Shown piece by piece: positions 17,660 through 22,023 of a stretch of 22,023 nt of DNA. Below the pieces are notes generated by a model. The model saw only the letters and a program-made list of their open reading frames with translations, was not told the origin of the DNA and made no database searches. A program made the translations under genes and the position numbers. This stretch comes from an uncultured archaeon (lineage in GTDB: Archaea > Asgardarchaeota > Lokiarchaeia > Sigyniarchaeales > SOKP01): the NCBI GenBank assembly GCA_964583985.1, contig CAZOYD010000058.1:1-22023 (forward strand), given 5' to 3'. The stretch's first letter is position 1, and the number at the start of each line of letters is the position of its first letter.

Positions 17660-19051
17660 TTAGAATGAATCATGTGAATTCCCAAAATCAAACATCATCT
17701 TGAAAGCTTTGAGAGCGTGGTCTATTTGTGTCATTATCGATAGTGAAAACTTGTTAGCATACTTCAAAAAATAATCCAGAACCCATCTAGAACCAAATAC
17801 GCACGTAATGATTGGCTTTCCAGTATCTCGTGATAATGATTTCATATCTCTTATTTGTGGCGAAATTGGAATTGAATAAGTTTCAATTGGTATTTTAGGA
17901 ACAGCAAATATGTTGAGTAATGCGTCAACATTTGAATCATTCATTAACAATTTCAATGAAGGTCTAAAGGTGGAAAAAGAGGAAGGTCCTAGATCTACGG
18001 GGTTTCTAGCAGAAATCCAATTAGGTGCTATTAAACTAATCTCATCCATGGTTGATTTATTAAGATTTGCCAAATTTAAGCCCATTTTATCAATCAAGTC
18101 ACAAGCTAAGGCCCCCAAACTTCCAGATGAGGTCGTTATTGCAATATTTTTTCCTTTAGGCAAGGGTTGCGTTGCAAAAGCGTTAGCAATATCAAACATT
18201 TCATAAAAATTTTCGATTCGATATACACCTTTAAATTGTTTAAAAAGAGATTCATATATTTTATCATTTCCAGCAATGGAGCCCGTATGACTCTGAATTG
18301 CTTTAGAACCTATACTACTTCGACCATTTTTCATAACCAAAACGGGTTTTGACATTGTTTTCATCCGATGAATAAATTCTGCTCCACGTTTTACTCCCTC
18401 GAGGTATAAGGTGATAACCTCAGTATTTTGATCTTTCTCAAGGTAATCCAAAATATCAATTTCATCCACATCAACTTTATTTCCCAAGGTTATTATTTTA
18501 TTTAATCCAATTTTTTGACTTGCAGCCCAATCAACAAATATGTTACCGAGCACCCCTGATTGCGCTATTACTGATATCTTCCCACCTTCTACAGCTTCGT
18601 CAAAGTTTATCTCAGTAGTAGTAAAATTGTTATTAAAATTTGTGACTCCCACGCAATTAGGTCCAATTATTCTAATGTGTTCATTCTTAGCAATCTCTTC
18701 AATTTCACTTTGAATTTTTGAGAGAGCTTTTTCACCAGTCTCAGAAAATCCAGCACTTTCAATAATTATCCCTTTTACTCCTTTTTTTACGCAATCTTTT
18801 ACAGATTGCAACACGTATTCATTTTTAACGACGATTATAGCCAAATCAATATCTTCTGGAACCTCTAGTATATTCATGTAAGCAGGATGCCCAAAAATTA
18901 TTCTTTTTCCGATATTTATTGGATATGTTTTGAACTGCGAATTCAGCAAGTATCTTGTCATTGAATGACCAAACTTAATCGATTCTGAAGCACCTATAAT
19001 TGCGATACTTTTTGGGTCGAAAAAAACATCCAAATCCTCCACATTATTCAC
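17660..19051 (-). CDS. Acyl-CoA synthetase (NDP-forming) alpha-subunit-like CoA-binding protein
   Basis: FFDPKSIAIIGAS, ESAGFSE, RIIGPNCVG, IAQSG, LGNKVD, LYLEG, SHTGSIAG (phospho-His) and NPVDL; GTG start. Confidence 0.9.
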   Translation of the reverse strand: MNNVEDLDVFFDPKSIAIIGASESIKFGHSMTRYLLNSQFKTYPINIGKRIIFGHPAYMNILEVPEDIDLAIIVVKNEYVLQSVKDCVKKGVKGIIIESAGFSETGEKALSKIQSEIEEIAKNEHIRIIGPNCVGVTNFNNNFTTTEINFDEAVEGGKISVIAQSGVLGNIFVDWAASQKIGLNKIITLGNKVDVDEIDILDYLEKDQNTEVITLYLEGVKRGAEFIHRMKTMSKPVLVMKNGRSSIGSKAIQSHTGSIAGNDKIYESLFKQFKGVYRIENFYEMFDIANAFATQPLPKGKNIAITTSSGSLGALACDLIDKMGLNLANLNKSTMDEISLIAPNWISARNPVDLGPSSFSTFRPSLKLLMNDSNVDALLNIFAVPKIPIETYSIPISPQIRDMKSLSRDTGKPIITCVFGSRWVLDYFLKYANKFSLSIMTQIDHALKAFKMMFDFGNSHDSF

Positions 19052-19176
19052 TCCTATGAATTTAAAATATATAATAATCTATGATGCATTTCACTTAAGC
19101 CTTGAGAATTACATCCAAAATTGAGTAGTTTAAATGGTTTAGTACAAAATAACATTATAAGTAAGAGGAGAACAAA

Positions 19177-19524
19177 TTGAGCATCTCACAAAATTTACCC
19201 AAAATAGTTCAATCAATTAAAATTTCTTGTCCTATATGCAATTCAACAAAAGAAATTGATTTACCACTCGAGATCATCAACGAGTCTAAACATTTAACGA
19301 CTATTTCCATCTCCAAAGGAAAGATTTGCGATCATCATTTTCAGCTATTCATTGATAAAAATTTTGTAATCAGAGGATATCAAAAAGTTGATTTTGAAGT
19401 TAATAATGTGAACACGCAAAAATCAAACATGAGTTTAGAAGAAATATATCAAGAATTCTGGGAATTCATTGACGACGATAATTCCACATTTGCTCCTTAT
19501 ATACTAAAGGATCATAGAAGATAG
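19177..19524 (+). CDS. Small zinc-finger protein (CxxC...CxH)
   Basis: ISCPIC...GKICDHHFQLFIDKNFVIRGYQKVDF plus C-terminal LEEIYQEFWEFIDDDN; GAGGAG RBS before the TTG start. Confidence 0.75.
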   Translation: MSISQNLPKIVQSIKISCPICNSTKEIDLPLEIINESKHLTTISISKGKICDHHFQLFIDKNFVIRGYQKVDFEVNNVNTQKSNMSLEEIYQEFWEFIDDDNSTFAPYILKDHRR

Positions 19525-19654
19525 ATTTATTAAATGAAATGCGCATATAATAATATAATATTATTATAGTATTTCTTGAAATTTTAGCCATTTTCTTCAT
19601 CTATTCAATTTCATTATAATAAGCAACTATGAGATTTTCTAAGAGAGTCAGACA

Positions 19655-20809
19655 ATGAATTTAGGAGGATTAGTCAAAAAGGAATTTAGTAGAATTAAAT
19701 CTGATAAACGAACTCTGATATTATTATTTGCTATTCCAATCATTCTGATTGTAATATTTGGTCTTACTACTGGAGGGGGACCCACTAAATTTTTTACTGG
19801 AGCAGTTATTAGCAGAGACGAGATGCCCACACATGGCAATTTTTCTGAAAATTCTTCAACATACGATGGAACTTTTATTTCTGTAATGGAACACAATACT
19901 TCTAGTTGGGATCTTTATCGTTCCTTCAATGCTACAAATCTCGCAGAATATGATCAAGCATTTAAAACTTGCTTATCTTACTTAAAAAATGAAATCATTG
20001 ATGTTTTCATAATACTACCTGAAAATTTTTCTGAAACTATAGAAAATAACACCAATACGGTTATTTATTATCACATTGATGGGACAGATAGTGGCGCTTT
20101 AGATGCAATTGAAGTTGCCATGCAGGAACCTTTAGCAATGTTTAGAATTGAAATTGATTCTTTAACAAATTTTACCATGATGATCCCACATCTAGAATTC
20201 GGTCCTCCTTCTTGGGAGTCTCAAATCCTAAATTATGCTCTACCGTTGATATTACCCATAATAATAATAGCCACAACCATGAATTTAACATCTTTATCAA
20301 TTGTTTCAGAAAAACCTCTGCCGAGGATGTTGATTACACCCACCGCAAAGAGAGAAATATTGTTGAGTAAAATAATCGCCAACTCTGTTATCATGATCAT
20401 GCAAGCCGCAGAAATTTTCACCTTAACTGCTTTTTTCGGATTGTATAGCTTGGGATCATTATTCTATTTGTTTCTTGTTCTGATAATGATAGGATTCAGT
20501 GGTATATGCATGGGATTATTTATCTCCACCATTAGTCCTACCGAGCAAGGTGCAAACCAGATGTACATGATGATGCTTATCATAATAATCATATTTTCTG
20601 GTACAGTAATACCCGCGGAATCTCTTGGAAGTAGCATGAGAATTGTAATTGATGTATTACCATTGGATCACGCTTCCGTTTTAATTTCAGATATCACTTT
20701 ACGTGGTTTATCCTTTAATGCAGAACACGTTATAATGATTAATTTAATTTCTCTGGTCTTTCTCATTCTTGCGTATATTGCATACAAATTTAAGAAATTG
20801 GAGGTGTGA
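19655..20809 (+). CDS. ABC-2 type exporter permease
   Basis: KKEFSRIKSDKRTL + TM1, large extracytoplasmic domain, EKPLPRMLITP..KREILLSK, FSG.VIP..LPL.H. Confidence 0.92.
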   Translation: MNLGGLVKKEFSRIKSDKRTLILLFAIPIILIVIFGLTTGGGPTKFFTGAVISRDEMPTHGNFSENSSTYDGTFISVMEHNTSSWDLYRSFNATNLAEYDQAFKTCLSYLKNEIIDVFIILPENFSETIENNTNTVIYYHIDGTDSGALDAIEVAMQEPLAMFRIEIDSLTNFTMMIPHLEFGPPSWESQILNYALPLILPIIIIATTMNLTSLSIVSEKPLPRMLITPTAKREILLSKIIANSVIMIMQAAEIFTLTAFFGLYSLGSLFYLFLVLIMIGFSGICMGLFISTISPTEQGANQMYMMMLIIIIIFSGTVIPAESLGSSMRIVIDVLPLDHASVLISDITLRGLSFNAEHVIMINLISLVFLILAYIAYKFKKLEV

Positions 20810-20812
20810 AAT

Positions 20813-22023
20813 ATCCAAGAAAGAAGAGTACCATCAAAGTTTAATTCGATTACTAATGAATTAAAAACAAGGATTCACCGGATTTTAAATCAAGTCAAAA
20901 AAGAATTTCGAATGTTATGGACGGATAAATTTAATATTTTCATTGCATTAGTCGTACCACCATTGGTCGTAGCTTTGTTGGGCGTAATGGGGAGCATTTC
21001 AAGCAAGGCACCCATAATTCCTATAAATTGTGTTGTAGTCTCTTATGATTCCAATGCATTTATTGAAGAAAATAATTTCACTGAATCCAGAATAGATAAT
21101 TATCATGGTCCATATCTAGCAGCGGTAAACAAATCAGAATTGTTGAATTTAGTTCATTTTTATAACATCACGACGGACTTATATGGCATGGAATTAGCGA
21201 GGGAATTATTGATCGCAAAGGAAATCGAAATTATAATCGCTATTCCGGTTGATTTTAGTGAGTTATTGACTTGGGATTATCCAGGATTAATCGATTGTAT
21301 TATAGACTCCTCAGATCCTCAAAAAATTCAAGAGAACATCAATGCCGTGTTCGATTCTATTAAAATTTTTGTAAGAGATAACAATCTAACCCCTCAATTT
21401 GAATTGAGTGGATTTGAGGAATTCTCAATACCAGAAAACTATAATGCGAAATTTAATAATAGTATCGTCATGACTCTTTCTTTCATGGTCATTGGAGTTG
21501 GAATGGTTCTAACCATCTTGGTCATTGTTCATGAAAAACCGATTGCTCGCTTGCTCTTAACACCCATTAAAAGAAATGAGATACTTCTAGCTAAATACAT
21601 AACTTATACGCTTATTTTATTAATTCAGAATATATCATTAGTTGCTACAGCACTTTCATTTGGGTTATATATTGTAGGATCAGTATTTGATCTGTTTTTA
21701 GCGTTATTTGTTTTAGGATTTGCAGGGCTTTCATTAGGGATCTTTATAAGTTCAAGCAGTAAAACAAAAACCGAAGCTAATCAATTATTCTTTGCAATCT
21801 TTTTAGTTTTAGTCCTATTGAGTGGTATTTTCGTTCCAATTAATGCGATGCCAATTTATTTACAGGTCATAGCATACATATTGCCATTATCTCATGGGGA
21901 TCCTCTCATAAATGGTATCATAACTAAAGGAAAATCTGTATTCGGATTTGATTTCTATGTTCTTTTACTAGTTAGTATAATCCTTGTTGTGATTTCATTT
22001 ATTTTATTCAAAAGAAGGAAATA
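20813..22023 (+). CDS. Second ABC-2 permease (paralog); start uncertain, runs off the right edge
   Basis: Not in ORF track. Open without stops from 20810 to the window end: ...RILNQVKKEFRMLWTDKFNIFIALVVPP...HEKPIARLLLTPIKRNEILLAK...LSGIFVP..LPLSHG...FKRRK. The first ATG (20912) lies after the KKEF motif. Candidate ATC start at 20813 behind GGAGGTG. Confidence 0.85.
   Translation, partial: MQERRVPSKFNSITNELKTRIHRILNQVKKEFRMLWTDKFNIFIALVVPPLVVALLGVMGSISSKAPIIPINCVVVSYDSNAFIEENNFTESRIDNYHGPYLAAVNKSELLNLVHFYNITTDLYGMELARELLIAKEIEIIIAIPVDFSELLTWDYPGLIDCIIDSSDPQKIQENINAVFDSIKIFVRDNNLTPQFELSGFEEFSIPENYNAKFNNSIVMTLSFMVIGVGMVLTILVIVHEKPIARLLLTPIKRNEILLAKYITYTLILLIQNISLVATALSFGLYIVGSVFDLFLALFVLGFAGLSLGIFISSSSKTKTEANQLFFAIFLVLVLLSGIFVPINAMPIYLQVIAYILPLSHGDPLINGIITKGKSVFGFDFYVLLLVSIILVVISFILFKRRK

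Noticed and set aside
563-20421. Short antisense or overlapping ORFs in the track (e.g. 563-955, 1245-1514, 1527-1718, 3710-3910, 4094-4351, 4792-5010, 6845-7054, 7430-7612, 10184-10432, 10763-10978, 12184-12477, 12530-15001 set, 17910-18352, 19648-19896, 20233-20421)
   Set aside because: Each lies opposite a well-supported gene, shows the Ser/Ile/Phe-rich composition of antisense shadows, and has no recognisable motifs.
20807-20809. Selenocysteine codon
   Set aside because: No Cys-homologous or redox context and no SECIS recognisable in the window; a strong RBS supports re-initiation instead.
1-22023. CRISPR arrays, tRNA/rRNA, IS elements, prophage genes
   Set aside because: No spaced direct repeats, no GC-rich structured RNA islands in the short AT-rich intergenic regions, and no transposase, integrase or virion motifs seen by eye.

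Overview
AT-rich (roughly 30% GC by eye), gene-dense window that looks archaeal: GGAGGTG/AGGTGA-type ribosome-binding sites, oligo-T terminators, and several GTG/TTG starts. Gene content suggests Asgard archaea, probably Lokiarchaeia (inference). That content includes an archaeal-type Hsp20, an orphan multi-PAS histidine kinase, a GlcD/HdrD-like pair, an ADP-forming acyl-CoA synthetase alpha subunit, a CxxC-CxH zinc finger and a uDENN/longin-like protein. There are about 20 coding regions. The ORF track misses three of them wholly or partly: a PAP2-like gene running off the left edge, a frameshifted flavodoxin-like gene (5527-6004) and a second ABC-2 permease running off the right edge. I saw no rRNA, tRNA, CRISPR array or transposase. 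Best leads: (1) an Hsp20 / AAA+ ATPase / uDENN-longin-like locus, where the ATPase resembles BrxD and may end in a degenerate nuclease fold; (2) the second permease is in frame directly behind the first permease's TGA and has no canonical start before its conserved N-terminal motif, implying an ATC start or readthrough; (3) a 798-aa toroid enzyme divergent from a Gfo/Idh/MocA oxidoreductase; (4) a GlcD-like flavoprotein lacking the lactate-dehydrogenase His motif, paired with an HdrD-like subunit. All family calls come from motif recognition by eye, not database searches.
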